From a bacterium (GTDB lineage: Bacteria; 4484-113): 64,000 nucleotides of DNA. The translations under genes were made by a program, and so were the position numbers. Shown in pieces: positions 18,401 to 26,921 of the stretch. Location: NCBI GenBank assembly GCA_021163765.1, contig JAGGTK010000072.1, positions 6,072-70,071 on the forward strand, in the 5' to 3' direction. The notes below the pieces were generated by a model. The model searched no databases and had not been told where the DNA came from. It saw nothing but the letters and a program-made list of their open reading frames with translations. The number at the start of each line of letters is the position of its first letter. Position 1 is the stretch's first letter.

Positions 18401-19846
18401 GTGATTCCCTATGGTATATTCCCAGCGATGGGTGGATTTGCCTTTGCGCTGAAGACTTTCGGCTGCCAGATGAACGTCGCCGACGACGACGCGCTGGCGC
18501 GGGAACTTGCGGCGCGCGGCGGGGTGCAGGTCACCGACGCCACCGCCGCCGACCTCATCGTCATCAACACGTGCGTCGTGCGCCAGAAAGCCGAGGACAA
18601 GGCGTTTTCCTTCGTCGGCTCGCTAAAGCCGCTCACCGAGGGCAAACCCCCAACGCATCCGGTAAAGCTCAGCGCGCCCAAGCTGCTCGCCCAGAGCGAC
18701 AATCCCGCGCGCACGCGCTCCCGCCCGCTTATCGCAGTCGTCGGATGCCTGGTGCCAAAGAGCGGCGAGGAGCTTGCACGCAAATTCGGCTACGTAGACC
18801 TCCTCGTGCCCACCAGCGAGCCGGCACAGGTCATCGCCGCGCTTTCGGAAGCAATGCCGCTTCCGCAGCCATCCGAAGCAGCGTCCTCGTCATTCTCCGC
18901 GCCCAGCCCGCAGCTCGCCGTAAGCTGCACCGCCGCTGCCGGCGGAAGCGACGAGCTGCGGCTTGACACGAAACTCAGCGGGCTCGTGACGGTGCAGCGC
19001 GGATGCAACCATGCCTGCAGCTTCTGCATCGTGCCGCAGGTGCGCGGGCCGGAGGTAAGCGTGCCCGTCAGCCAAATCGTCGACGAGGCCAACTACTACC
19101 ACCGCCAGGGCTTCAACGAAGTCACACTGCTGGGGCAAAACGTGCTCTCGTACGGCAGCGACCTGGGTTTCAGCCCGGATTTCGCGGAGATGATAGAGGC
19201 GGTGCTGGAGCGCACTGAAGTTCCCTGGATCTCATTCCTCACCTCGCAGCCCCACGATATGAGCAAGGAGATAATCCGGCGCGTCATCGCCCACCCGCGC
19301 GTCACGCCGCTGCTCCACCTGCCCGTGCAGTCCGGCAGCAACGCGGTGCTTCAACGAATGCGGCGGGGATACACCGTCGAGGCGTATGAAGACTGGATCG
19401 TGGCGGTGCGGGACGCGAGACCCGACGTTTTCCTCACAACCGACTTCATCGTCGGCTTTCCCGGCGAGACGGAGCGCGACTTCGAGCTGACGCTGGCGCT
19501 CATAGAGCATGTTCGCTTCAACGACGCGTTTATGTTCGCATATTCGCCGCGCGAGGGCACTGCCGCCGCAGCGTATGACGGCCAGGTCGACCTCGCAGAG
19601 CGCAAGCGCCGCCTCGCCGCGCTCATCAAGCTGCAGCGAAGCGTCGCGCACCAAATCAATACGAAATACGTTGGACAGGTACTCGACGCCATCGTCGAAC
19701 AGGCGGGCGAAAGGCAGGCCGTCGCGCGCACGCCGTTCAACAAGCCGGTCGTGCTGCCGCGTACCTCCCGCAAGCCGGGTGAGTTCACGAAGGTGCGCAT
19801 CACGCAGGCGGTCGTTTCAAGCTTCAAGGGCGAGGAGGTAGCGTGA
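18401..19846 (+). CDS. miaB: MiaB-family tRNA methylthiotransferase (radical SAM, UPF0004 N-domain plus TRAM)
   Basis: FALKTFGCQMNVAD...VINTCVVR N-terminal cluster, radical SAM CNHACSFCIVP, and a C-terminal TRAM-like GEFTKVRITQAV. A low-complexity insertion lies between the N-domain and the core. MiaB versus MtaB/RimO is not resolved. Confidence 0.75.
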   Translation: MIPYGIFPAMGGFAFALKTFGCQMNVADDDALARELAARGGVQVTDATAADLIVINTCVVRQKAEDKAFSFVGSLKPLTEGKPPTHPVKLSAPKLLAQSDNPARTRSRPLIAVVGCLVPKSGEELARKFGYVDLLVPTSEPAQVIAALSEAMPLPQPSEAASSSFSAPSPQLAVSCTAAAGGSDELRLDTKLSGLVTVQRGCNHACSFCIVPQVRGPEVSVPVSQIVDEANYYHRQGFNEVTLLGQNVLSYGSDLGFSPDFAEMIEAVLERTEVPWISFLTSQPHDMSKEIIRRVIAHPRVTPLLHLPVQSGSNAVLQRMRRGYTVEAYEDWIVAVRDARPDVFLTTDFIVGFPGETERDFELTLALIEHVRFNDAFMFAYSPREGTAAAAYDGQVDLAERKRRLAALIKLQRSVAHQINTKYVGQVLDAIVEQAGERQAVARTPFNKPVVLPRTSRKPGEFTKVRITQAVVSSFKGEEVA

Positions 19847-21285
19847 GCCGGTGCTTCATCCTTCTTAGGTACACCGTCCTTGCGCTGGCGGCATTTGCGT
19901 TTTTCATTTTCGCACCCGCCGGGCGCCCGCAGGAAAACATGCTGAATTACGCCCGTCGGCAAATCGACACGCTCACCGAATTCGACCTCACCGAGCTTGG
20001 CGCTGTGCCATCGCACATACTTTTTCCGCAGGTGCCAACTACGGACACCGGCTTCACCCATAACCTGAAGCAGCGCCGCGTAATCTGCGTCCTGCCCGGC
20101 GACGAAATGCACGTCTTTGAGGCAATCACCTTGCGAACACTGGACTCGCTCGTCGACGACAACATCGCGCAGGTGCGCGACGAACTTGAAAACATCAACA
20201 CGCTTGCCAACCGGCGCGACAAGCTCACCTCCCAAATGGATGAGCGCGCAGGCCTGCTGGACGACTTGCTGGGCGCTCTTCGCAGGCAACGCGGCGGTTC
20301 TCCTGGCGACCAGTCGCGCCAGTGGTGCCGCGCCGCAGCTGCGTTTGCGCTCGAGCAGGCAAAGGGCGAGCGGGAGCTGGTGCGCCTGGAGGTGGACAGC
20401 AAGCGGCAGTCGGTTCTGTACCAGATTTCGCGGCTGAACCTCTCCGCGGTGCTGAACACGGCAACCACCGGAGAAGACCTTTCACTGCTATCGCTCCGCG
20501 ACCCCGAAATTATCAACCGGCAGCTTATAGCGCTGCTCACAGACGAGTCCGTGGACATCGCCGCCCGGCTGCGAACACCCGCAGACGAACTTGCCGCGCT
20601 GCATCTGCGCGAAGGGCGGCTGGTCACTGAGGTATTCGGGTTGGCCGAGGATACGGACGCCGGGGCGGTGCTGGAATCTATAGCCAGCGGTGATTCCGCC
20701 GCTGTGGGCGCGGTTCTGGAGTCGCCGAGCCGGTTCGCTGAACTCATCGAAGTCGAGACGGGACTCGCAACAGCAAGTGCACGCGAGAGAGAGCTCGGCG
20801 CACTGCTCGTTGAAGTGAACGCCACGCGCGGGGAAATGATGCGCCACGGTGTGCACCTTTCGGCAATCCAGCGTGTCACCGTCAGCCCGCGCGAGTTCGA
20901 CGTGCCCCGGCTGTCGCGGACGCAGCTTAAATCGCTTTCGAACGCGAAGCAGTGGGAACTCGGCCAGTGGAGCGTGTTCCTGCGCAGCCTTGCCGCGAGC
21001 TTCGGCACAGCCGGAGGGCGAGCGGTCAGCATCCCTCCGCCGCAGGGAGTCTTCAGCGGCCCGAAACGCATCCGGCTGTCGCCCAACGAAGTCCCTGCAT
21101 TCCTGGCAGCCGTTTCGCAGCTACCCTCAAGCGACTACGACCGCATCGCCGAGCTTCTGGAGCTGGCCTCGTCGGAATACGCGAGCGCTGTAGCGGCGGG
21201 CGGCGAAGAAGCGGCGTTCTGGGAGTTCATCAGTTACTTTTTGCAGGACACGGCGCGCCGGGGGCTCACGTCTGCCAGCGGTTAG
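19843..21285 (+). CDS. Hypothetical membrane-anchored or secreted coiled-coil protein (480 aa)
   Basis: The start overlaps the miaB stop (GTGA). It has an N-terminal hydrophobic segment (LRYTVLALAAFAFFIFAPAG) and plausible helical composition. The 379-aa ORF on the opposite strand is S/R-rich and looks like a GC shadow. Confidence 0.5.
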   Translation: MSRCFILLRYTVLALAAFAFFIFAPAGRPQENMLNYARRQIDTLTEFDLTELGAVPSHILFPQVPTTDTGFTHNLKQRRVICVLPGDEMHVFEAITLRTLDSLVDDNIAQVRDELENINTLANRRDKLTSQMDERAGLLDDLLGALRRQRGGSPGDQSRQWCRAAAAFALEQAKGERELVRLEVDSKRQSVLYQISRLNLSAVLNTATTGEDLSLLSLRDPEIINRQLIALLTDESVDIAARLRTPADELAALHLREGRLVTEVFGLAEDTDAGAVLESIASGDSAAVGAVLESPSRFAELIEVETGLATASARERELGALLVEVNATRGEMMRHGVHLSAIQRVTVSPREFDVPRLSRTQLKSLSNAKQWELGQWSVFLRSLAASFGTAGGRAVSIPPPQGVFSGPKRIRLSPNEVPAFLAAVSQLPSSDYDRIAELLELASSEYASAVAAGGEEAAFWEFISYFLQDTARRGLTSASG

Positions 21286-21315
21286 AACTGCGCGCCTTCG
21301 AGCGCCGACTGGCAG
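21283..21315 (+). repeat. Left copy of a perfect 33-bp direct repeat flanking the higB/higA-immA cassette
   Basis: TAGAACTGCGCGCCTTCGAGCGCCGACTGGCAG is identical to 22891-22923. Its reverse complement encodes CQSALEGAQF*, duplicating the mtnP C-terminus. Confidence 0.95.
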
Positions 21316-21394
21316 AAAGCAGTGCGAGTTAGGGGGCCGCGCGTCCGCGCTTTCTCATCACTCAGGATATATAGTGAAACATGCAGAGAAGTGG

Positions 21395-21431
21395 TATAAT
21401 GTAGATGAATAATGTTAACACTTAGTGTTAA
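21395..21431 (+). promoter_or_regulatory. Putative higBA promoter (-10 TATAAT with upstream TGG) and palindromic operator
   Basis: GTGGTATAAT with TATAAT at 21395-21400. Inverted repeat TTAACAC-TTA-GTGTTAA at 21415-21431, directly upstream of the higB ATG at 21438. Confidence 0.5.
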
Positions 21432-21437
21432 TGAGAT

Positions 21438-21788
21438 ATGCACCGTGATCTGGAAATCTCGTTCAAAACGCCAAAGCTGGCGAAACTTTGCAGTTCACGC
21501 GATTCAGCCCGACGAAGGTGGGGTACCGAGAGCGGCGACAAGATACTCAGGCGGCTGAACGAGATGAAGGCGGCAGATACTCTCGCGGATTTGATTAAGT
21601 TGCCGCAAGCTAATTGCCATATGCTCCACGGCGACTTGAAGGGTCAGTGGTCAGTGAACCTCGCCTTCCCTTACCGGCTGCTGTTCATCCCGGCAAACGA
21701 GCCGCTGCCGTTGAAGCATGACGGCTCAGTTGATACTGCTAGGGTCACGGCGGTGATGGTTTCTGGCGTGGAGGATACCCATGGATAA
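21438..21788 (+). CDS. higB: HigB-type toxin (plasmid maintenance system killer, RelE/ParE superfamily)
   Basis: 116 aa. ISFKTPKLAKL...GDKILRRLNEMKAADTLADL...HMLHGDLKGQWSVNLAFPYRLLF matches the HigB/killer-protein pattern. Toxin-first order, with an 8-nt overlap with the next gene. Confidence 0.8.
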   Translation: MHRDLEISFKTPKLAKLCSSRDSARRRWGTESGDKILRRLNEMKAADTLADLIKLPQANCHMLHGDLKGQWSVNLAFPYRLLFIPANEPLPLKHDGSVDTARVTAVMVSGVEDTHG

Positions 21789-22893
21789 GATCAAAACATA
21801 CAAGTTCGCACCGGACTATGTCCCGCCTCCGGGCGAAACCCTGCGGGAGACGCTGGAGTTTCTGGGAATGTCGCAGGCGGAACTCGCCCGGCGCACCGAC
21901 AAACCCGAGAAGACAATCAGCGCCATCGCATCCGGCAGCTCTTCGATTACTACCGAGACAGCCATTCGGCTGGAGCGCGTGCTTGGGGTACCCGCGAGTT
22001 TGTGGCTGAACCTTCAGCGCCAGTATGATGAGGCCGAGCAGCAGCGCAAAGAGAGAGCGGATCTGGAGACGAAACTGTCGTGGGTGAAGAACTTCCCGTT
22101 ACGGAACATGATTGAGTACGGGTGGTTGCGGAAATGCGAGGACAAGGTGGAGCAGCTGAACGAGCTGCTGAGCTTTCTTGGCGCCGCCTCACCCAAAGCC
22201 TGGGAGAGCAACTTCCAGCACATGGAAGCGTCTTTCCGCCAGCCAAGACATGCCAAGCAGAACCGCTATGCGTTGGGCGCTTGGCTGCGAAGGGGAGAGG
22301 CGATTGCAGCGCACTCGACCTGTAATGCTTATAGCGAAAGCGCTTTCGTCCAGGCGCTTTCCGACGCAAGATGTCTGACGCTCGCTCCGGCTGAGCGTAT
22401 CGGACGTGACATTAACCGTGTATGTAACCCTTGCGGGGTTGTAGTGGTGTTTGTGCGAGAGCTATCGGGTGCACCCGTAAGCGGCGCCACGCGCTGGCTG
22501 ACGCCGCGGAAAGCGCTCATCCAGCTCAGCCTTAGGTACAAAACCGACGACCAGCTCTGGTTCAGCTTCTTCCACGAAGCGGGACACATCCTGATGCATC
22601 ATAAGCGCGGCATTCTGCTTGAAGATGACGGGTGCGCCGGGCCGGACGAGGACGAAGCCCACCGGTTCGCCGCCGACACCCTCATCCCGCAAGCTGAGTG
22701 GCGGAGCTTCACCGCAGGGCTGCGCAAGCCCTATATCAGCGAACGTGCTGTCAGAGCTTTTGCCCGGAGCCTGGGGATAGCACCGGGCATAGTGGTTGGC
22801 AGGTTGCAGCACGAAGGGCTGCTGGCGCACTCCAAGCTCAACGCGCTCAAGCGCAAGCTGAAGTGGAGAGCATCTGAGAAAGGCGGAGACTAG
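21781..22893 (+). CDS. HigA-type HTH antitoxin fused to an ImmA/IrrE (M78) zinc metallopeptidase domain
   Basis: N-terminus PPPGETLRETLEFLGMSQAELARRTDKPEKTISAIASG...LWLNLQRQYD is the HigA XRE HTH. C-terminal FFHEAGHILMH is the HEXXH of the ImmA/IrrE family. Confidence 0.8.
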   Translation: MDKIKTYKFAPDYVPPPGETLRETLEFLGMSQAELARRTDKPEKTISAIASGSSSITTETAIRLERVLGVPASLWLNLQRQYDEAEQQRKERADLETKLSWVKNFPLRNMIEYGWLRKCEDKVEQLNELLSFLGAASPKAWESNFQHMEASFRQPRHAKQNRYALGAWLRRGEAIAAHSTCNAYSESAFVQALSDARCLTLAPAERIGRDINRVCNPCGVVVVFVRELSGAPVSGATRWLTPRKALIQLSLRYKTDDQLWFSFFHEAGHILMHHKRGILLEDDGCAGPDEDEAHRFAADTLIPQAEWRSFTAGLRKPYISERAVRAFARSLGIAPGIVVGRLQHEGLLAHSKLNALKRKLKWRASEKGGD

Positions 22894-23696
22894 AACTGCG
22901 CGCCTTCGAGCGCCGACTGGCAGCCGCACGACGGCTTCTCAGGAATCTCCGGTATCATCGCGTTTAGCAGCCCGCGCAGCTTTTCGTTATTTTCCTTGAA
23001 GACGCGCAGGACTTCCTCCTGCGTCACCGGCTCTAATGAAGGATCGCCCTCAAGCCCTACATCGTAATCGGTAATCAGGCTGATGTTTACATAGCAAAGC
23101 TCAAGCTCGCGCGCCAGTATCGCTTCGGGATACTGTGTCATATTAACGACTTCCCAGCCCTGCCCGGAAAACCACTTGCTTTCCGCGCGCGTGGAAAAGC
23201 GCGGCCCTTCGATAACCACCACCGTTCCCGCCGGCCTGAACGGGATGCCCAGTCGCCCGCACGCGGCGATGGCTGCGCTCCTTAGCTCCGGGCAGTAGGG
23301 GTCGGCGAAAGCGACGTGCGTGGTTTTCGGCCCGTCGTAGAACGTGTCGGTGCGGTGGCGCGTGCGGTCAACGAGCTGGTCGCAGATGACGAACATACCT
23401 CGCGCAACGTCCGGCTGCAGGCTGCCGGCGGCGCACGGGGCTATAATCCGGCGCACGCCCGCGGCCTTCATCGCCCACAAATTCGCGCGATAATTTATCC
23501 TATGCGGAGGGAACTGGTGCTTAATTCCATGGCGCGGCAAAAACGCCACCTTCCGTCCGCCTATTTCGCCCACCGCCAGTGGCGCACTGGGTTCACCGAA
23601 GGGGGTATCGACCTCGATTTCCTGTGCACCATCCAGCAGCTTATATAATCCACTGCCGCCGAATATGCCGATTTCGACGCCCGTGCGCTCCATCAC
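22890..23696 (-). CDS. mtnP: S-methyl-5'-thioadenosine phosphorylase
   Basis: 268 aa. IGIFGGSGLYKL...PFGEPS...FLPRHG..H..PPHRINYRANLWA is the typical MTAP/PNP-family pattern. Confidence 0.88.
   Translation of the reverse strand: MMERTGVEIGIFGGSGLYKLLDGAQEIEVDTPFGEPSAPLAVGEIGGRKVAFLPRHGIKHQFPPHRINYRANLWAMKAAGVRRIIAPCAAGSLQPDVARGMFVICDQLVDRTRHRTDTFYDGPKTTHVAFADPYCPELRSAAIAACGRLGIPFRPAGTVVVIEGPRFSTRAESKWFSGQGWEVVNMTQYPEAILARELELCYVNISLITDYDVGLEGDPSLEPVTQEEVLRVFKENNEKLRGLLNAMIPEIPEKPSCGCQSALEGAQF
22891..22923 (+). repeat. Right copy of the perfect 33-bp direct repeat (true 3' end of mtnP)
   Basis: Identical to 21283-21315. The leading TAG serves as the stop codon for both the 480-aa ORF (left copy) and higA-immA (right copy). 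Confidence 0.95.
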
Positions 23697-24079
23697 TCGC
23701 TTTCCAGCACCGAATGGAACAGGTCCGCCTGCGCGGGCGCATCCTGGTCGCTTTCGGTGATATGCACCACCCCAACGTTGAGCTTGAGCAGCGTTTGCGC
23801 GACGAGGTGATGCCGGTGTGAATTCATATATTCGCCCTCAGAGGCCAGAAGCGCCACGTTGAACTGCTGCGCGTATTCCAGCACGTGCTTGATACCGTCC
23901 TGGTAGCTCTGGTCCTTCTCGCGCTTAATGTAGTCAAACCTGCCGTCGTCGGTCAGCCCACCTAGGCGATTTCCCATAAACACGTACTCGATGCCAGCTT
24001 TACGCAGGCTGTGCTCTATGCGGTCGCGGTTGAACCACTCGGCGTGCGACGAGTACGGATACGACCGGATGTCCACCAC
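23693..24079 (-). CDS. DUF488 family protein; annotated from an internal GVT-region GTG, with family homology continuing upstream without a start codon
   Basis: VDIRSYPYSSHAEWFNRDRIEHSLRKAGIEYVFMGNRLGG is the DUF488 core. The same frame continues upstream as FYTVYTIGHSDLTIEELVQRLRSRGVTLV (to about 24150) but has no ATG/GTG/TTG after the preceding TAA. Confidence 0.65.
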   Translation of the reverse strand: MVDIRSYPYSSHAEWFNRDRIEHSLRKAGIEYVFMGNRLGGLTDDGRFDYIKREKDQSYQDGIKHVLEYAQQFNVALLASEGEYMNSHRHHLVAQTLLKLNVGVVHITESDQDAPAQADLFHSVLESE

Positions 24080-24473
24080 CAGAGTGACGCCGCGCGAGCG
24101 CAGGCGTTGAACCAGCTCTTCTATTGTGAGGTCTGAATGCCCGATGGTGTATACAGTATAAAAGCCCGTGGTTCTCCCTCCAGCCTCTTGATTTTATCAG
24201 ACATCCCCCCGAATACAAGATGCCGCACGGTGCCGCCCTGATTCAGCGCCTGTTGCCGGTGGAGCAGCAGGTTGCCCGCCGGAGACTTGCTCGTCCTTTG
24301 CAGAAGCCCTGCCTTGGAGGATGGAGCGCATAAGGCGCTCGCCCGTGATTCCACACAGCCCATCCTCCATCGGGTAGCGTCCCCTGTCTAGGTGACGCAC
24401 CTTCGTTCACGCTGGCTGGATAGCCGGCACCACCCATATAATTCCCTCGCTGCCCGCTACTTTCTTATTGCCC

Positions 24474-24502
24474 TTGACAACGCTTGGTGATTTGGCTATA
24501 TT
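24474..24502 (+). promoter_or_regulatory. Putative sigma70-type promoter of the arsR operon
   Basis: TTGACA (24474-24479), 17-nt spacer, TATATT (24497-24502), 24 nt upstream of ATG 24526. Confidence 0.5.
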
Positions 24503-24525
24503 GCCAACCGTATCGGGCCGTTACG

Positions 24526-24918
24526 ATGGTGATCAAAACCAGTGATGCTAAACCAATGACACCTCGAATGGATAAGCTTGAACGCGCGCGGCTTGAAGCC
24601 CACGCGAAAGTATTCAAAGCGCTGGCGCATCCCACGCGCCTGTTCATCGTGGACCAGCTTTCGCAGACGGAGCGCTGCGTATGCGAACTCACCGAAATGG
24701 TAGGTGCGGATATGTCCACGGTGTCCAGGCATCTCGCCGTCCTCCAGTCAGCCGGTGTGGTGGCAAGCGAAAAACGAGGCTCGCAGGTCTACTACCAGCT
24801 TCATATGCCCTGTGTTCTCGGTTTCGTCAAATGCGTGGAGGGCGTATTGCAGGCTGCGGTGAAGGAACAAATGGAACTGGCTTCGCCGCGCCCCAAGCGC
24901 GCAGAACGCAAGCGATGA
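24526..24918 (+). CDS. arsR: ArsR/SmtB family transcriptional regulator
   Basis: AKVFKALAHPTRLFIVDQLSQTERCVCELTEMVGADMSTVSRHLAVLQSAGVV is a classic ArsR wHTH with a CVC metal site. The start was chosen downstream of the predicted promoter. Confidence 0.85.
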   Translation: MVIKTSDAKPMTPRMDKLERARLEAHAKVFKALAHPTRLFIVDQLSQTERCVCELTEMVGADMSTVSRHLAVLQSAGVVASEKRGSQVYYQLHMPCVLGFVKCVEGVLQAAVKEQMELASPRPKRAERKR

Positions 24919-26219
24919 CCACCAATTGGAGAATCGAATGGAAACCTCTCGTGGGCGTCACTGCTGTGTTTCTGCTGTGCTTTTACATCCCCGTCGAGCT
25001 GTTGCCGTTTGAGAACGCGCTGACGGAAGCGCTGCACCTTGTCCGCGAATACGCCCGGCTGCACGTGCTTACGTGCCTGATCCCGGCGTTTTTCATCGCA
25101 GGCGCAATCTCGGTGTTCATCAGCCAGGCTGCGGTCGTCAAGTACTTCGGCGCGCGCGCCAATAAGGTACTGGCTTACGGCGTGGCGTCGGTTTCCGGCA
25201 CGATACTCGCAGTGTGCTCGTGCACGGTGCTGCCGCTCTTCGCGGGAATCTACCGGATGGGCGCGGGCATCGGGCCCGCTACGGCATTCCTCTACTCAGG
25301 CCCGGCGATAAACGTGCTCGCGATAATCCTCACGGCGCGCGTCCTCGGCCTGGATCTCGGCGCCGCGCGCGCCATCGGCGCTGTCGTCTTCAGCATAGTT
25401 CTCGGCCTGCTGATGCACCTGCTCTTTCGCAAAGAAGAGCTCGCCAAAGCTGAGGTAATGGCCGCGATGCCGCCGGGCGAGGAAGCGCGCCCGCTGTGGC
25501 AAAACGCCGTGTATTTCGCGGTGCTGGTCGCTATTCTCGTCTTTGCCAACTGGGGAGCGCCGGGCGAGGGCGCAGGTTTCTGGCACGCCGTCTACGCTGC
25601 AAAGTGGTGGATCACCGGTGCGGCGGCGCTGCTGCTGGGTCTGATAATGGTTGGCTGGCTGAAAATCGCCTGGTGGAAGCTCGCGCTTGCCGCCCTGCCC
25701 GTTATCGCGCTGGCGCTTGTATTCCCCGGCGAACCGCTGCTGGCATTCGCCGCAGCCATCATTGGCGTTTCCATAATCACCAGCACCAACAGGGGAGAAG
25801 CGGGCGAGTGGTTCACCTCCTCGTGGGGTTTTGCCAGGCAGATACTGCCGCTGCTTCTCATCGGCGTGCTCGTCGCCGGTGCGCTGCTGGGGCGGCCCGG
25901 CCACGAAGGACTCATCCCGTCGCAGTGGATTAACGCGGCAGTAGGCGGCAATTCGCTGCTGGCCAACCTGTTCGCGTCTGTCGCCGGCGCGTTCATGTAC
26001 TTCGCCACGCTGACCGAAGTTCCCATCTTGCAGGGGCTCATCGGCAACGGCATGGGCAAAGGCCCCGCTCTGGCGCTGTTGCTTGCAGGCCCCGCTGTCT
26101 CGCTGCCCAACATGCTTGTTATCCGCAGCATCATGGGCACTAAAAAGACGCTTGTTTTCATCCTCCTGGTGGTCGTAATGGCCACCGCCGCGGGCTTCGC
26201 CTACGGGACACTATTTTAA
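24915..26219 (+). CDS. Permease of the DUF318/ArsP-type family (two-CxC membrane permease)
   Basis: ATG 24915 overlaps the arsR stop (ATGA). It is polytopic, with SGTILAVCSCTVLPLFAGIYRMGAGIGPATAFLYSGPAINV. The track ORF from 24681 is an artefactual extension through arsR. Confidence 0.8.
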   Translation: MTTNWRIEWKPLVGVTAVFLLCFYIPVELLPFENALTEALHLVREYARLHVLTCLIPAFFIAGAISVFISQAAVVKYFGARANKVLAYGVASVSGTILAVCSCTVLPLFAGIYRMGAGIGPATAFLYSGPAINVLAIILTARVLGLDLGAARAIGAVVFSIVLGLLMHLLFRKEELAKAEVMAAMPPGEEARPLWQNAVYFAVLVAILVFANWGAPGEGAGFWHAVYAAKWWITGAAALLLGLIMVGWLKIAWWKLALAALPVIALALVFPGEPLLAFAAAIIGVSIITSTNRGEAGEWFTSSWGFARQILPLLLIGVLVAGALLGRPGHEGLIPSQWINAAVGGNSLLANLFASVAGAFMYFATLTEVPILQGLIGNGMGKGPALALLLAGPAVSLPNMLVIRSIMGTKKTLVFILLVVVMATAAGFAYGTLF

Positions 26220-26299
26220 AAGCGATTGTATGACTAAAAAGCACCGAATACTTGACGCATGGGGTGGCAAATACGAATGTGCATCATAGGGAGGAACAT

Positions 26300-26902
26300 A
26301 TGTCGTTAGATGAAATGCTGAAAGGGGCGATTGAATTTCACGGGCACAAGTGTCCGGCTATGCCGCTCGGACTGAGGGCGGGCCTGGAGGCGATACGCGT
26401 TTTAGGCGTGGAGCGCTCGCAGGACAAGGAGCTGATGCTACTCTCGGAAACAGGAGCTAACCATGCCGCAGGCTGCTTCCTGGACGGTCTGATGTTCGCC
26501 ACCGGCTGCACCTATGGAAAGGGTAACGCGAAGAAGCTCTATTACCATAAGCTCGCCTTCACGTTGATTGACATGGAGCGCGGCAGGGCTGTGCGAGTTG
26601 CGGTGAAACCGGATTACATCGCCGAGTCGATGCGATCGGCATTCCTGCTACAGCGTAAAGCCGGCGTGCCACCACAGGACGTCGACCCCGCCATCACCAA
26701 CCCGATGGTGGAGAAAGTGATGAGCCTGCCGCCGGATGAATTCCTGAAGGTCTCGGAGGTCTTCGACTACGCCGTGGAGAAGACGCCCGGGGTGTTTGAC
26801 GTGAAGCCCTGCGCCATCTGCGGCGAGATGACCTTCGTGGACAAGCTGGTGAAGAAGGGCGGGAACCTGGTTTGCATTCCTTGCTCTCAATCTACGAAGT
26901 AG
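26300..26902 (+). CDS. FmdE-domain protein with C-terminal zinc ribbon
   Basis: ATG 26300 follows GGGAGGAAC. AIEFHGHKCPAMPLGLRAG is the FmdE signature. C-terminal CAICGE...CIPC. Confidence 0.75.
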   Translation: MSLDEMLKGAIEFHGHKCPAMPLGLRAGLEAIRVLGVERSQDKELMLLSETGANHAAGCFLDGLMFATGCTYGKGNAKKLYYHKLAFTLIDMERGRAVRVAVKPDYIAESMRSAFLLQRKAGVPPQDVDPAITNPMVEKVMSLPPDEFLKVSEVFDYAVEKTPGVFDVKPCAICGEMTFVDKLVKKGGNLVCIPCSQSTK

Positions 26903-26921
26903 TTCATCAGAGGCAATTCTA

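Noticed and set aside
19947-21086. 379-aa ORF antisense to the 480-aa hypothetical gene. Similar long antisense or alternate-frame ORFs include 3845-4420, 25592-26185, 40279-40965, 42044-43087, 52705-53388, 58779-59549 and 62860-63867.
   Set aside because: Their Ser/Arg/Ala/Pro-rich low-complexity translations are typical of stop-codon-poor shadow frames in GC-rich DNA. Each overlaps a gene with clear family motifs on the other strand or frame.
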